A DNA stretch of 51,906 bases. Origin: Gemmatimonadales bacterium. Lineage in GTDB: Bacteria; Gemmatimonadota; Gemmatimonadetes; Gemmatimonadales; GWC2-71-9. The DNA is taken from assembly GCA_039794085.1 (NCBI GenBank), contig JBDIWC010000029.1, positions 1 to 51,906 of the forward strand. The letters run 5' to 3'. The notes under the pieces are model-generated. The model saw only the letters and a list, made by a program, of their open reading frames with translations. It was not told the origin of the DNA and did no database searches. The translations under genes were made by a program, and so were the position numbers. Below, in pieces: positions 25,990 through 37,192 of this stretch (position 1 is the stretch's first letter; every line of letters starts with the position of its first letter).

Positions 25990-26954
25990 GTGGACACCAC
26001 CTGGTGGAAGAGGTCGGGATCGACATTGCCCCCGCTGAGCACGATCACCGTCGGCCCGCGCGGGATCCAGCGTCCGGCCAGAACGGCCGCCACGCCCACA
26101 GCACCCGAGGGCTCGATCCGGAGCCCCATCGTCTCCGCCAGCCAGCGCATCGCCGCCACGATGTCATCCTCCGAGACCGTCACCGCGTCGCGGACCACCC
26201 CGTCGAGCACGGAAAAGGGGATGGTGCCGGTGGCCCGCGCCAGGAGTCCGTCCGCGAGGCTGGCGGTGGTGTCGAGGGTGACGGGGTGACCGGCGGCCAG
26301 GGCGGCCGTGAACGAGGCGGCACCCGCCGGTTCCACTCCCACCACCGTGGTGCCGGTGCCGGTGGCCACGGCGGCCGTGGCGAGCCCCGCCAGCAGTCCG
26401 CCTCCTCCGATCGGCGCCAGGATGGTGTGCGTGTCGGGGGCGTCCTCCAGGATCTCGAGGCCCACCGTGGCCTGACCCAGGATCACGGCGGGGTGCTCGT
26501 ACGGCGGGATGAAGGTGAGGCCCTCCTTCGCCACCAGCTCCGCGGTGCGGGTGGCGCGTTCGGTGGCGGGCCGCTCCACGAACACCACCTCGCCGCCGTG
26601 ACGCCGGACCCCCTCCACCTTCACGGCCGGGGCCCGGGCCGGCATGACCACCACCGCCCGGACCCCGGCCCGGCGGGCGGCGCAGGCCACCGCCTGGCCA
26701 TGGTTCCCCGAGGAGTGGGTGATGACCCCGGCCCGGCGATCGGATTCCGACAGCCGGGAGAGCGCGGTCCAGGCGCCCCGGATCTTGAAGGCGCCGGTGG
26801 GTTGCAGGTGCTCGCACTTGAGGCGAACCGGCACGCCAACGCGCGCCGCCAGACCCGGGGCCTCGACCAGCGGAGTGCGGAGAGCGATCCCCGCCAACGC
26901 CGCCCGGGCCTCGCGGATGTCCGCGAGGGACCACCCGGCCAGAGAGGCCGGCAC
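25986..26954 (-). CDS. Threonine/serine dehydratase (PLP fold II, no regulatory domain)
   Basis: LKCEHLQPTGAFKIRGA, SSGNHGQ, PIGGGGL, EPSGA, LSGGN. Confidence 0.92.
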   Translation of the reverse strand: MPASLAGWSLADIREARAALAGIALRTPLVEAPGLAARVGVPVRLKCEHLQPTGAFKIRGAWTALSRLSESDRRAGVITHSSGNHGQAVACAARRAGVRAVVVMPARAPAVKVEGVRRHGGEVVFVERPATERATRTAELVAKEGLTFIPPYEHPAVILGQATVGLEILEDAPDTHTILAPIGGGGLLAGLATAAVATGTGTTVVGVEPAGAASFTAALAAGHPVTLDTTASLADGLLARATGTIPFSVLDGVVRDAVTVSEDDIVAAMRWLAETMGLRIEPSGAVGVAAVLAGRWIPRGPTVIVLSGGNVDPDLFHQVVST

Positions 26955-29447
26955 CTACTCCGCGGCTCCGGGGAGGGAGGCTTCGTCTCCAGTCGGCTCT
27001 TCCTGGCCCCCCTCGTCCTCGGTCACCACACGGGCCACGTCCACCAGGGAATCCCCCTCGTCGAGATTCATCACCCGCACTCCCTGGGTGTTCCGGCCGA
27101 TGACCCGGATACCCGCCACGGGCACGCGGATGATGACCCCGTGCCGGGTGATGAGCATCAGCTCGTCCTCATCGAGCACTTCCTTCAGGGCCACGCAGGA
27201 ACCGGTCTTGGCGGTGCAATTGAAGGTGATGATCCCCTTGCCGCCCCGCTTCTGGACCCGGTACTCGCCGAGTTCGGACCGCTTGCCGTACCCGTGGTTG
27301 CTCACGACGAGGAGCGTGGATTCCCGGCGGACCACGACCATGCCGATGACCCGGTCCTTGTCCCCCAGCACGATGCCGCGCACCCCGGTGACGGCCCGGC
27401 CCATCTCTCGCACGTCGCTCTCGTGGAACCGGATGCTCATTCCCTGCTCGGTGGCGAGCACGATGTCGTTGGTACCCCCCGTGACCTGGACGTCGATCAG
27501 CTCGTCGCCCTCCAGGATGTTGATGGCGTTGATCCCCGTGCTGCGGGGGTTGGCGTAGGCCGAGAGCGCCGTCTTCTTGACCGTTCCGTTCCGGGTGGCG
27601 AAGAAGAGCCACTGCTGGTCGGAGAACTCCCGTACCGGCACCAGGGCCGCGATCCGCTCGTCCGGGCGGATGGCGATGCACTGGATGATCGGCTTTCCGC
27701 GCGCGGCGCGACCTCCCTGGGGGATCTCGTGCACCTTGAGCCAGTAGACCTGACCCTGGTTGCTGAAGAACATCAGGTAGTCGTGCGTGCTGGCGATGAA
27801 CAGGTGCTCCACCCAGTCGTCTTCCTTGGTCCCCATCCCGGCCAGGCCACGCCCGCCCCGGCGCTGCCGTCGGTAGGTGCTCACCGGGATCCGCTTGATG
27901 TAGCCGGTATGACTGATGGTGATGACCATGTCCTCTTCCGCGATCAGATCCTCGATCGAGAAGTCGGCCTGGTCGGGGACGATCTCGGTGCGGCGATCGT
28001 CGCCGTACTGCTTCGCCACTTCCTCCAGTTCGCCGAGGAGGATGCTCATGCGCCGGTCGCGGGAGGCGAGGATGTCCTTGAGGTCGGCGATGAGGGAGCG
28101 GATCTCCGCGAGTTCCGCCTCCAGCTTGTCGATCTCCAGACCGGTGAGCCGCGCGAGCCGCATGTTGAGGATTGCGTCGCTCTGTTTTTCCGTGAACCCG
28201 AACCGGGCCCGCAGCCGCTGGTCGGCGGTGTCGGTGTCCTCCGACCCCCGGATGATGGCGATGACCTCGTCGATGTTGTCGACCGCGATCTTGAGCCCGT
28301 CGAGGATGTGCTCCCGCGCCTGCGCGGCGTCGAGGTCGAACTGGGTACGCCGGACGATGATCTCATGCCGGTGGGCGATGAAATGCTCCAGCATCTCCTT
28401 GAGCGGCATCACCCGGGGCACGCCGTTGACCAGCGCGAGGTTGATCACGCCGAACGTGCTCTGCATCGGGGTGTGCTTGTAGAGCTGATTGATCACCACG
28501 GTCGGGATGGCGTCCCGCTTGAGTTCCACCACGAGCCGCATCCCCTCCCGGTCCGATTCGTCGCGGACCGCGGACACCCCCTCCACCTTCTTGTCGTTCA
28601 CCAGGTCCACGATCTGCTCGGCCAGGCGCGCCTTGTTGACCTGATAGGGCAGCTCCGTGATGACCAGCGCCGACCGGTTGCCGGTCTCCTTCTCCTCGAT
28701 CACCACCCGGGCCCGCATGATCACCTTGCCCCGGCCGGTTTCGTACGCCTCCCGGATCCCCTGGATCCCGTAGATGTACCCGCCGGTCGGGAAGTCGGGA
28801 CCCTTCACATGGGCCGAAAGCCCCGCCGCTGTGATCTCCGGGTCGGCGATCAGGGCCCGGATGGCGGCGGTGATCTCCCGCAGGTTGTGGGGCGGGATGT
28901 TGGTGGCCATGCCGACCGCGATGCCACTCGACCCGTTGACCAGCAGGTTGGGGATCTTCGACGGGAGCACCGTGGGCTCCAGCAGCCGGTCGTCGAAGTT
29001 GGGCTGGTAATCGACCGTGTTCTTGTCGATGTCCTCCAGCATGGTGATCGCCACCCGGGTGAGCCGGGCCTCGGTGTAGCGATAGGCCGCGGCGGGGTCG
29101 CCGTCCACCGAGCCGAAGTTGCCCTGACCGTCCACCAGGGGGTACCGCAGGGAGAAGTCCTGCACCATGCGGACCAGCGCGTCATAGACCGAGTTGTCGC
29201 CGTGCGGGTGGTACTTGCCGAGCACGTCGCCCACCACCGTGGCCGACTTCTTGTACGGCCGTCCCGGCACCAGGCCGAGCTCGTTCATGGCGTAGAGGAT
29301 CCGGCGGTGCACCGGCTTCAGACCATCCCGCACGTCGGGAAGGGCCCGGGAGACGATGACGCTCATCGAGTAGTTGATGAACGATTGCCGGAGCTCGTCT
29401 TCGATCGGACGGGGAACGATGCGCTCGCGCGAATTCGGGGCTGTCAT
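26955..29447 (-). CDS. gyrA: DNA gyrase subunit A
   Basis: [33 protein letters not shown], GyrA-box QRRGGRG, C-terminal pinwheel repeats. Confidence 0.98.
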   Translation of the reverse strand: MTAPNSRERIVPRPIEDELRQSFINYSMSVIVSRALPDVRDGLKPVHRRILYAMNELGLVPGRPYKKSATVVGDVLGKYHPHGDNSVYDALVRMVQDFSLRYPLVDGQGNFGSVDGDPAAAYRYTEARLTRVAITMLEDIDKNTVDYQPNFDDRLLEPTVLPSKIPNLLVNGSSGIAVGMATNIPPHNLREITAAIRALIADPEITAAGLSAHVKGPDFPTGGYIYGIQGIREAYETGRGKVIMRARVVIEEKETGNRSALVITELPYQVNKARLAEQIVDLVNDKKVEGVSAVRDESDREGMRLVVELKRDAIPTVVINQLYKHTPMQSTFGVINLALVNGVPRVMPLKEMLEHFIAHRHEIIVRRTQFDLDAAQAREHILDGLKIAVDNIDEVIAIIRGSEDTDTADQRLRARFGFTEKQSDAILNMRLARLTGLEIDKLEAELAEIRSLIADLKDILASRDRRMSILLGELEEVAKQYGDDRRTEIVPDQADFSIEDLIAEEDMVITISHTGYIKRIPVSTYRRQRRGGRGLAGMGTKEDDWVEHLFIASTHDYLMFFSNQGQVYWLKVHEIPQGGRAARGKPIIQCIAIRPDERIAALVPVREFSDQQWLFFATRNGTVKKTALSAYANPRSTGINAINILEGDELIDVQVTGGTNDIVLATEQGMSIRFHESDVREMGRAVTGVRGIVLGDKDRVIGMVVVRRESTLLVVSNHGYGKRSELGEYRVQKRGGKGIITFNCTAKTGSCVALKEVLDEDELMLITRHGVIIRVPVAGIRVIGRNTQGVRVMNLDEGDSLVDVARVVTEDEGGQEEPTGDEASLPGAAE

Positions 29448-29546
29448 GGGACTCCAGAACACCGGGTGGAGGCACACCGGAAGCTCCGGAGCACGGTCGG
29501 GGCTCGCCCGATGCGTTTCCGGAGCTGATCACGGTGGAATCAAGGA

Positions 29547-29576
29547 AATATACCCGGGGACGAGGGGTTGTTGCAA
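29547..29576 (-). promoter_or_regulatory. Candidate sigma70 promoter of gyrA
   Basis: TTGCAA-N18-TATATT about 100 bp upstream of the ATG. Confidence 0.5.
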
Positions 29577-29645
29577 GTCGGGGCGGTACTGCGAAGTGGT
29601 TGCAAGGCAACAGCTTATGGAAGATCAGGCGAATGTCGCCGCGGG

Positions 29646-29688
29646 CCCTCACCCCCTGGCCCCCTCTCCCGCACGGCGGGAGAGGGGG
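29646..29688. repeat. BoxC-like palindromic element
   Basis: CCCTCACCCCCTGGCCCCCTCTCCCGC-acg-GCGGGAGAGGGGG hairpin. Confidence 0.8.
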
Positions 29689-29690
29689 AA

Positions 29691-29739
29691 CTGAACACCA
29701 AACACTGAATTGGGGAAACTGAACACTGAACACTGAATT
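29691..29739. repeat. Heptamer tandem array (CTGAACA), 7 units
   Basis: ctgaaca ccaaaca ctgaatt ggggaaa ctgaaca ctgaaca ctgaatt. Confidence 0.85.
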
Positions 29740-29789
29740 GATCAGAGTTTCCCTGAGCCTGAAGAGCCAAGTGAAGGGGGCGGGGGACC

Positions 29790-29819
29790 TTGTTCGTGTC
29801 TTTCGTGTTTTTCGTGGTT
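29790..29819. repeat. 9-mer array (TnTTTCGTG) x3
   Basis: ttgttcgtg tctttcgtg tttttcgtg gtt. Confidence 0.8.
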
Positions 29820-29851
29820 CCTGCTGTTCCGCAGTGGGGACCGGGAGGATG

Positions 29852-32800
29852 TCAGGTGGCGACGGCTTTTGCCACCCGCGCTCGGCGGAGCCGCAGCACC
29901 AGGAGAGGCATCACGAAGAGCGCTCCGAGCGTGCCGGCGATCGTCCCCCCGGTGGTGGCCAGAGCGATCGATCCGAAGAGGCTGTCCACCGGGGTGCCGA
30001 TGGCGAGCGGGAGGAGGCTCGCCAGCGTGGTGAAGGTGACCAGCAGGATGGTCCCGGCCCGGTCCCGGGCCGCCCAGTAGACATCCCGGCCGTCGAGCTT
30101 GCGGTGCTCCCGGTGTCCGTCCGCTCGCACCCGACGCCTCCGGTGCAGCGCCGCGTCGACCAGCAGGATCGACTGGTTCACCGCGAGACCGACCACCAGG
30201 ATCACTCCCACGGCGGCTTCCCGCCCGAAGGCGGCTCCCGTGGGCCAGTAGATGGCCACCACCCCCGCCAGAGCGAGGGGGAGGCTCAACAGCACCATCG
30301 CGGACGCCCAGACGGAGTCGAACACCATCGCCACCGCGAGGAGCACCAGGACGATCCCGGCGGCAAACACCAGCCAGAGACCCTTCCCGCTCTCGTCATC
30401 GTTGAAGCCGTACTGTGCCTCCGACACCGCGTACCCGGGGGGAACCGAGATCGAGGCCATGAACGCCTTGTGGGTTCGGTCCGCCAGTCGGTTCGGGCCC
30501 CGGAAGTCGTAGGTCACATACCGGACATACTGCTGGTCCTCGCGGGTGATGGTGCTGAGACCCTCCCGTTCATCGACCACCGACAGGTCCCCGATCCGCA
30601 CCGGCGCCCCGATCGGGTTGGCCACCGCCGCCGCCCGGAGGTCGAGCAGGGAGCGCTCCCGGGATCCGGCTGCCTTGAGGGTGACGGTCACCTCCTCGTC
30701 CCCGAGTTCCAGGCGCTGTCCCCCCCCCACGCCACGCACCTGTTGCTGGACCGTTCGGGCGAACGCCTCGACCGTGAGACCGGCCCGGGCCAGGGCGGCG
30801 CGGTCGGGTTCCAGGGTCACGCTCGTGGCCTGGCCGCTTCCCCAGAAATTGGCGGCGTTGATGTTGACCTTCTGTACCCGGGGGATCCGCTCCAGCCGCT
30901 CCTTGAGGTCGAGCGCAAACTGCTCCAAACCGGAGTACGAAAAGCCAAGCAGCTTGATGCGATAGGACGCGGAGCCGCCACCTCCCCCGGAGGAGAAGGC
31001 CGGACCCTGTCCCACGACACTGATGCTCGCCCCGCCGATCAGGACCGCGCGCTGGTTGAACTCCTCCTGCATGAAGAGGGGAAGAGCCGTGAAACCCGCC
31101 TCCCGGTCGAACGTCACCTGAACGAAGCCACGATTCGCTCCCTGGGGCACCTGGGCCTGGACCCGCTCCACTCCCTCCCGACCCACCGCGATTCTTTCGA
31201 ACTCGGCGAGGGCGCGGTCGAGGCTCTCCGTGTCCGACCCGCCGGGAAAGGTCAGATAGGCACTGAGCGTGGTGCGCTGTCCTCCCCATCCTCCCCAGTT
31301 GAACCGTGGCACCTTCTTGACGAAGGCCCATCCCATGACGCCCAGAGTGGCGAGCGTGAGGGTGAGCACGACCCAGCGGAGCCGGAGCATCCGGATCAGG
31401 GTCCGGGAATAGACCCGGTGCAACCGTCGCCATCCCGCGCGCTGGGCACCGTGGCCCGCTCCCACCGCGGGGATCATGATCACCGAGGCCACGACCGACC
31501 ACCCGAGTGCCAGGGCAAAGGCGCTGGCAAAGGGCACAAAGGCGGCCCGTGCGTCGCCCTGCAGGTAGAGGAAGGGGAGGAGTACCACCGCCGTGGTCAA
31601 GGTGGCCCCGACAACCGCCGGCACGATGCGGACCCCCGCGTCCGCCCGGCCGTCCGGCGTGTCGGGCGCGGATCGCAGACGGGCCACGACGATCAGGCCG
31701 TTCTGGACCAGGATGCCGATCCCCATGCCGAGCCCGGCGAGGGTGAGCAGATTGGCCGGGATCTTGAGGAGGTACAAGCCGAGCGCGGTTCCGGCGATCG
31801 CCACGGCGGCGCTCCCCATCACCAGGGTCACACTCATCACGTTTCGCAGGGTCAGCAGGAGGACCAGGGCCACGGCCACTCCCGCGATCGCTCCGCGCCG
31901 CATCAGGTCGGTGAGCTGCGAATCCAGCTCCAGTGACTCATCGGAGGCGACGCGGAACCGGAGCCCGGGCGGAAGCGTGGGCTGGAGGTCCTCCATCGCC
32001 TGGCGGATCCGCGCCGCGGTCTTGATCGCATCGGCGTCGGCCAGTCGGGAAATCGCAATCGTCACGGCGGTGAGACCGTTGAGACGGTTGATCTGGCCCC
32101 GGGTGTCCTCCTCCTGGCGGATCGAGGCGAGGTCCCCCAGGGCGAAAACGCGCCCCCCCGCTCCGCGCACCGGGAGCCGGGCAAGGTCCTCCATGACCTG
32201 CGGGGTGTCCCGCAGGGAAACCGGTCGCGTGGTCGTCGCGGCGTGCTCCTGCCCCAGGGGGCGGACCTGGCGGGCCTCGGCCAGCGCCTGGCTGAGCGCC
32301 GTGGGGTTGATGTCGAGCTGCCGGAGCCGTGCGGGATCGTAGCTGACCGCGATCCCCGTCTCCGCGCCCCCCGCCGACTGGACCCCCGAGACCCCCGGCA
32401 CCGCCTCGAGCCGGGGTGTGACCTGGTCCTCCACGATCTTTTCCAGCGCGCCCGGGGTGTAGGGTCCGGAGACGGTGTACTGCAGCAGGGGTTGCTCCGC
32501 CAGATCTTCGGGCACGAAATTGCTGACCCTCGGTGCGGCCACGCCGAGGGGAAACTCCGACCGGAGGAGTTCCATCCGCTCCAGGATGGCGAGCCGGGTC
32601 ATCTGGACGTCCACCCCGGGCTGCAGCTCCACGGTGATCTGGCTCGACCCCTCGCGTGAGGTGCTGCTCGTCTTCTTGACCCCGCGCACCGGCTGTACCG
32701 CCGATTCGACCGGGGAGGTGAGGTACATCTCCACCAGCTCGGCCGCGGCGCCGGGCCAGGAGGCCTGGATGGTGAGCCGGGGAAGTTCCACCGCGGTCCG

Positions 32801-32902
32801 GGTGGCGAGGGGGAGACGGGTGAACGCCACGCCTCCTGCCAGGACCAGCGCCATGGCAAACGACCAGACCACGGCGGGACGATGGGCGGCCCACCGGATC
32901 AT
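29852..32902 (-). CDS. RND efflux permease subunit 2
   Basis: 1016 aa AcrB-like topology: WPGAAAELVE, NLLTLAGL, two TM bundles. Confidence 0.93.
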   Translation of the reverse strand: MIRWAAHRPAVVWSFAMALVLAGGVAFTRLPLATRTAVELPRLTIQASWPGAAAELVEMYLTSPVESAVQPVRGVKKTSSTSREGSSQITVELQPGVDVQMTRLAILERMELLRSEFPLGVAAPRVSNFVPEDLAEQPLLQYTVSGPYTPGALEKIVEDQVTPRLEAVPGVSGVQSAGGAETGIAVSYDPARLRQLDINPTALSQALAEARQVRPLGQEHAATTTRPVSLRDTPQVMEDLARLPVRGAGGRVFALGDLASIRQEEDTRGQINRLNGLTAVTIAISRLADADAIKTAARIRQAMEDLQPTLPPGLRFRVASDESLELDSQLTDLMRRGAIAGVAVALVLLLTLRNVMSVTLVMGSAAVAIAGTALGLYLLKIPANLLTLAGLGMGIGILVQNGLIVVARLRSAPDTPDGRADAGVRIVPAVVGATLTTAVVLLPFLYLQGDARAAFVPFASAFALALGWSVVASVIMIPAVGAGHGAQRAGWRRLHRVYSRTLIRMLRLRWVVLTLTLATLGVMGWAFVKKVPRFNWGGWGGQRTTLSAYLTFPGGSDTESLDRALAEFERIAVGREGVERVQAQVPQGANRGFVQVTFDREAGFTALPLFMQEEFNQRAVLIGGASISVVGQGPAFSSGGGGGSASYRIKLLGFSYSGLEQFALDLKERLERIPRVQKVNINAANFWGSGQATSVTLEPDRAALARAGLTVEAFARTVQQQVRGVGGGQRLELGDEEVTVTLKAAGSRERSLLDLRAAAVANPIGAPVRIGDLSVVDEREGLSTITREDQQYVRYVTYDFRGPNRLADRTHKAFMASISVPPGYAVSEAQYGFNDDESGKGLWLVFAAGIVLVLLAVAMVFDSVWASAMVLLSLPLALAGVVAIYWPTGAAFGREAAVGVILVVGLAVNQSILLVDAALHRRRRVRADGHREHRKLDGRDVYWAARDRAGTILLVTFTTLASLLPLAIGTPVDSLFGSIALATTGGTIAGTLGALFVMPLLVLRLRRARVAKAVAT

Positions 32903-35900
32903 GACGTCGCCTCAACCGCTGCGGCGGGCAGTCCCGCGGACTCCCGACGGGCGGCGCGCCGCTCGCGGGCCCGTTCCACCACATAGAAGGCCGAGGGGAG
33001 CAGGAAGAAGGTCACGAGAAGAGCCGTCACACTCCCGCCGATCACCGCGGCGGCCAGCGGCTGATAGAGTTCCCCGCCGGCGCCCACGCCGAGCAGCATC
33101 GGGGTCACGCCGAGGATGGTGGTGAGCGAGGTCATGGTGATGGCGCGGAGGCGCTGCCGGCCCCCGAGCAGGATCGCCTCGTGGAGAGGGTGTCCCCGCT
33201 CCCGGAACCGGTTGATGGCGTCGATCTTCACCACCGCGTCGTTGTCGGCGATGCCGATCATCACCACGATACCGATCATCGCCACCGCGTTGAGGCTCTG
33301 CCCGGTGAGCCAGAGAGCCACGATCGACCCGGTGCCCGCCAGGGGCACCACCGTCATGATCACGAGCGGGGTGGTGAACGACCCGAACTCCCCGGCCAGC
33401 ACCAGGAACACCAGCGCCACCGCCAGAAACGCCACCAGCGCGAGTTCCCGCATGGTGCGCTGTTGTTCGGCATCGGCCCCCGACAGGGCCCAGGTGAGGT
33501 CGGCCGGAACCGGCAGTGTTCTGAGGGAGGCCGCGACCTCCTTCGCGGCCCGGGCGGTGCCCCCCTCCTCCACCACGCCCTCCACCACCACTACCGGTCG
33601 CTGGTTGATCCGCACCACTTCGATGGGAGTGCGGGTCTCCACCACCGTCACCAGCTGGCCCACCGGTACTCCCTGGATCGGGGTGGCCAGGGCCGTGGCC
33701 AGATCCTCGTTTGCTTCGCCATGGAACCGCACCATGATCGGGGTCCGGCGGTCGGTTTCGCGGAAATCGTTGGCGGCGACGCCGCCCAGGCCACCCGCCA
33801 GCACCGAGGCCACCTCCTGGATTGCGATGCCGCGCTCCGCGATCCGCTCCCGGCGCAACCGGATCTCGATCGCGGGTTGCGTGGTGCTGAAGGCGTCGCG
33901 CACATCGGTCAGGGTGGGCATCGCGGCCAGTCGCTGGCGCGCGGCGTCGGCCCAGAGCTCGGCCTCGTCGGCGGCGGCCGCCGACACTTCGACCCGCACC
34001 AGGCGTCCCTCCCGGCCGATCAACGATCCGAACTCCGACTGCCCCGCGAGGTCGATGGCCAGGGCCCCGGCGGCCAGGTCGGGCACCATGGTCCGGAGAC
34101 GTGCCGCGAACGCCGCGGCCGATTGACCCTCGGGAACCGGGATCAGGAGCTGCGCCGTGGCGGAGGTGCCGGGGTCGGCGCCGGCCAGGATCTCCTCGTC
34201 GGTGGCGAGGCCGGCCCGGGTGTAGACTCCCCGGCTCCCGAGATCCCTCGCCGCGGTTTCCAGCCGGGCCGCCTGGCGGGTGGTCTCCTCCAGAGCGGTG
34301 CCCACCGGAAGCCGGAGTTCCGCCACGGCGATCCTCTCCTCCACGCTCGGCAGGATCTCCCGGGGGAGTTCCAGGGTGAGCCAGACGGTGATGATGGAGA
34401 TGATGAGCCCTACCAGAAGGACCCGCGGGGCGTGATGGAGCGACCAGTCCATCCCCGCCTCGTACCGGTCCCCCAGTCGGTTCCCGAATGCGCGGAGGCG
34501 CGCCATCGGCCCTGCCAGAGGGCCGGGGGAACCGGTGGAGGGGGAGCTGGCCCCGGCGCGTCCGACCATCAGCACCGGCATGAGGGTGAGGGCCAGCACC
34601 AGCGAGGCGGTGAGGGAGGTCACGACGCTCAGGGAGAGGTCCCGGAAGAGCGCCGCGCCGAGACCCTGCACGAACACGATAGGTCCGAACACGAGCAGCG
34701 TGGTGAGCGTGCCGGCGATGAGCGGGCCCGACACCTCCTCGGCGGCGCGACGGGCCGCCTCCAGCGGGGGGACGCCCTCTTCCCGCAGCCGCCCCGTGGC
34801 CTCGGCCACCACGATCGCGTTGTCCACCAGCAGGCCGACGCCGAGCGCCAGCCCACCCAGGGAGAGAATGTTGATGGTGACGTTGAGGACCTGCAACATC
34901 ACCAGCGCGATCAGGACCGAGAGAGGGACGATGAGCCCGATGGCCAGCGCCGACCGCCCATGCTGCATGAAGAGGAGAATCGAGAGCAGCGACAGCAGCC
35001 CGCCGACGATGATCTCCTGGGCCAGATTGGACAGGGCGCTGGTGACGAACTCCGCCTGGGCAGCCACCACCTGCACGGTGACCTCGGGGAACTCCGCCGC
35101 CAGCTCCTCGATGGTCCGGTAGATTCCGCGCGTCACCGCCACCGTGTTGGAGCCGGCGTCCTTGTACACCACGAGCCCCACCGCCGGTGCGCCATCGAGG
35201 CGTGTGGTGGTCACCGCCTCCGCCGTTTGCAGGGACACCGCGGCCACGTCCCGGAGCTTGATCCCCGACTGCTCCGGACCCACCGGTGTGTCCAGGACTT
35301 CGTCGAGGGTCTGGAACTCGGTCAGGGCGCGCATCGAGTAGCGGAACTGTCCCCGGCGGATCGTCCCCCCGGGGGCGGCCACGTTGGCGGCCTCGATCGC
35401 GTCGGCCACCTGATTCGGGGTGATCCCCAGCGCCCGCGCCCGTTCGGGGTTCACATCCACCCGGATTTCGTCCTCGGGGGCTCCCACCACCGCCACGCTC
35501 GCCACGCCGCTGATCTGCTCCAGCCGCCGGGCGTGCACGTCTTCCGCCGTGCGGGCGATGGACCGGAGATCCCCGGGGCTGGTGAGCCCGAGAACCGCGA
35601 TGGGCCGCTCGCCGGGGTCGCTGGTGAGGAGGATGGGCCGCTCGGCGCTTTCGGGAAGGCGGTCGCGGACGTTGTCCAGCCGTTCCCGCACCAGCAGGAT
35701 CGTCCTGGGCATGTCGGTGCCCCACCCGAAGCGCAGCGTGGTGGTGGCCTCGCCGCTCCGGCTCACCGAGCGCACCTCGACCAGGCCGGGTGTCGCGGCC
35801 ACCGCCTGTTCAACCGGTTCCGCCACGAGGCGGGAAACCTCGGTGGCGGCAGCACCAGGATAGGAGGTGCGGACCGTCAGCACGGGAAGGGTGATGTCGG

Positions 35901-36012
35901 GGAGAAGCGACACCGGGAGCCGGGTCAGCGACACGCTGCCCAGCAGCACGAAGGCGAGGACCGCCGCCACCGTGGTGACCGGCCGGCGGAGGGCGGATGA
36001 GCTCAGCGACAT
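32899..36012 (-). CDS. RND efflux permease subunit 1
   Basis: YPGAAATEV, INILSLGGLALGVGLLVDNAIVV, RLRAITMT. Confidence 0.95.
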   Translation of the reverse strand: MSLSSSALRRPVTTVAAVLAFVLLGSVSLTRLPVSLLPDITLPVLTVRTSYPGAAATEVSRLVAEPVEQAVAATPGLVEVRSVSRSGEATTTLRFGWGTDMPRTILLVRERLDNVRDRLPESAERPILLTSDPGERPIAVLGLTSPGDLRSIARTAEDVHARRLEQISGVASVAVVGAPEDEIRVDVNPERARALGITPNQVADAIEAANVAAPGGTIRRGQFRYSMRALTEFQTLDEVLDTPVGPEQSGIKLRDVAAVSLQTAEAVTTTRLDGAPAVGLVVYKDAGSNTVAVTRGIYRTIEELAAEFPEVTVQVVAAQAEFVTSALSNLAQEIIVGGLLSLLSILLFMQHGRSALAIGLIVPLSVLIALVMLQVLNVTINILSLGGLALGVGLLVDNAIVVAEATGRLREEGVPPLEAARRAAEEVSGPLIAGTLTTLLVFGPIVFVQGLGAALFRDLSLSVVTSLTASLVLALTLMPVLMVGRAGASSPSTGSPGPLAGPMARLRAFGNRLGDRYEAGMDWSLHHAPRVLLVGLIISIITVWLTLELPREILPSVEERIAVAELRLPVGTALEETTRQAARLETAARDLGSRGVYTRAGLATDEEILAGADPGTSATAQLLIPVPEGQSAAAFAARLRTMVPDLAAGALAIDLAGQSEFGSLIGREGRLVRVEVSAAAADEAELWADAARQRLAAMPTLTDVRDAFSTTQPAIEIRLRRERIAERGIAIQEVASVLAGGLGGVAANDFRETDRRTPIMVRFHGEANEDLATALATPIQGVPVGQLVTVVETRTPIEVVRINQRPVVVVEGVVEEGGTARAAKEVAASLRTLPVPADLTWALSGADAEQQRTMRELALVAFLAVALVFLVLAGEFGSFTTPLVIMTVVPLAGTGSIVALWLTGQSLNAVAMIGIVVMIGIADNDAVVKIDAINRFRERGHPLHEAILLGGRQRLRAITMTSLTTILGVTPMLLGVGAGGELYQPLAAAVIGGSVTALLVTFFLLPSAFYVVERARERRAARRESAGLPAAAVEATS

Positions 36013-36046
36013 GGGACCGTGCTCTGGAGCTGGGGAGGGGAGGCGG

Positions 36047-37192
36047 TCATGGGGTCTGCTGCCGCTCGTCCCGGGCCAGCAGCCGGACCGGCGCGTCGTG
36101 CGTCAGGGTGAGGTGACCTTCCACGAGCACGATGTCGCCGGGGTTGAGCGGGATCTGGCCGGTGGAGCTGTCGGGGAGCACCTCGGTTTCCGTCCCGTTG
36201 CTCCGGCCGGGGAAGATGTAGGTCCATTGGGCTCGGCCGTCCCGCACCACGAACACCAGCGGGCGGCCATCCCGCTCGATCACGGCCCGGGCCGGAACCA
36301 CGATCCGGTTGGGGAGGCGGTTGGCCTCGAGCCGGATGTCGGCGTACATCCCCGGCCGGAGGACCCCGTTGCCCCGGACCAGAATGAGCGCCCGCCCGGC
36401 CCGGGTGGCGCTGTCCACCAGGGGGAGCACCGCCGCGACCCGGCCACGGACCGGAGCGCCGAGGGCCGCAGCGGTCGTGATCACGGCATCCCCCCCGACG
36501 GAGATGGAGGGGAGGTCGTGCTCCAGCACCGCCGCCTCGATCCGCAGGTTGGTCAGGTCAACCACGCGGCCGATGTCCTGCCCGCTGCTGAGCCGCTCCC
36601 CGACCGATACCAGCACCTGGTCCATCACGCCGTCGAAGGGCGCCGTGATGACCGCCCGCTCCCTCTCCAATTTCGCCTTCTCCAGAGCCACCTCGGCCGC
36701 GCCGATGCCGGACCGGATCTGCGCGTTGCGCAGCCGCTCACCGGTCACCGGCTTGCCGGTCACGATCGAGTCGGGGACGGTGGCGTCGAGAAGATCGAGG
36801 CGGGCCTTGTCGAGTGCCGCCTCCTTTTCCTGCACCGCGATGTCGAGGAGCTGACGGTCGAGCCGCACCAGGGGTTGACCCTTCCGCACCCGGTCGCCGG
36901 GGGAGACCATGACCTCCTCCACCATCCCCGCGACCTCCGCCTTGAGCAGGGCGCTCGCCTCGGACCGGATCTGGCCGGTGGTGTTCACGCTGAGGATGAG
37001 GTCCCCCTTCCGCACCGGCTCGCCCACCACCGGGAGAGAGAGGGCACTCGGGGCCTCCCCCGTGGCCGTGGAGTCGGCCGAGCCCTCGCCGTCGGCTGAG
37101 CCGGTGGCACAGGCGCCGACCAGGGATCCCAGTACCACCAGGCAGAACGGCAACGTTGGACGACCGGACACACGGATCATGGGGGCTCTCAC
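36047..37192 (-). CDS. RND periplasmic adaptor (membrane fusion lipoprotein)
   Basis: LVGAC lipobox, GDRVRKGQPLVRLD, ITAPFDGV, LRPGMYA. Confidence 0.93.
   Translation of the reverse strand: MRAPMIRVSGRPTLPFCLVVLGSLVGACATGSADGEGSADSTATGEAPSALSLPVVGEPVRKGDLILSVNTTGQIRSEASALLKAEVAGMVEEVMVSPGDRVRKGQPLVRLDRQLLDIAVQEKEAALDKARLDLLDATVPDSIVTGKPVTGERLRNAQIRSGIGAAEVALEKAKLERERAVITAPFDGVMDQVLVSVGERLSSGQDIGRVVDLTNLRIEAAVLEHDLPSISVGGDAVITTAAALGAPVRGRVAAVLPLVDSATRAGRALILVRGNGVLRPGMYADIRLEANRLPNRIVVPARAVIERDGRPLVFVVRDGRAQWTYIFPGRSNGTETEVLPDSSTGQIPLNPGDIVLVEGHLTLTHDAPVRLLARDERQQTP

Noticed and set aside
26004..36000. Very long plus-strand ORFs (1174, 732 and 939 aa)
   Set aside because: Antisense shadows of gyrA and the RND genes, typical of high-GC DNA.
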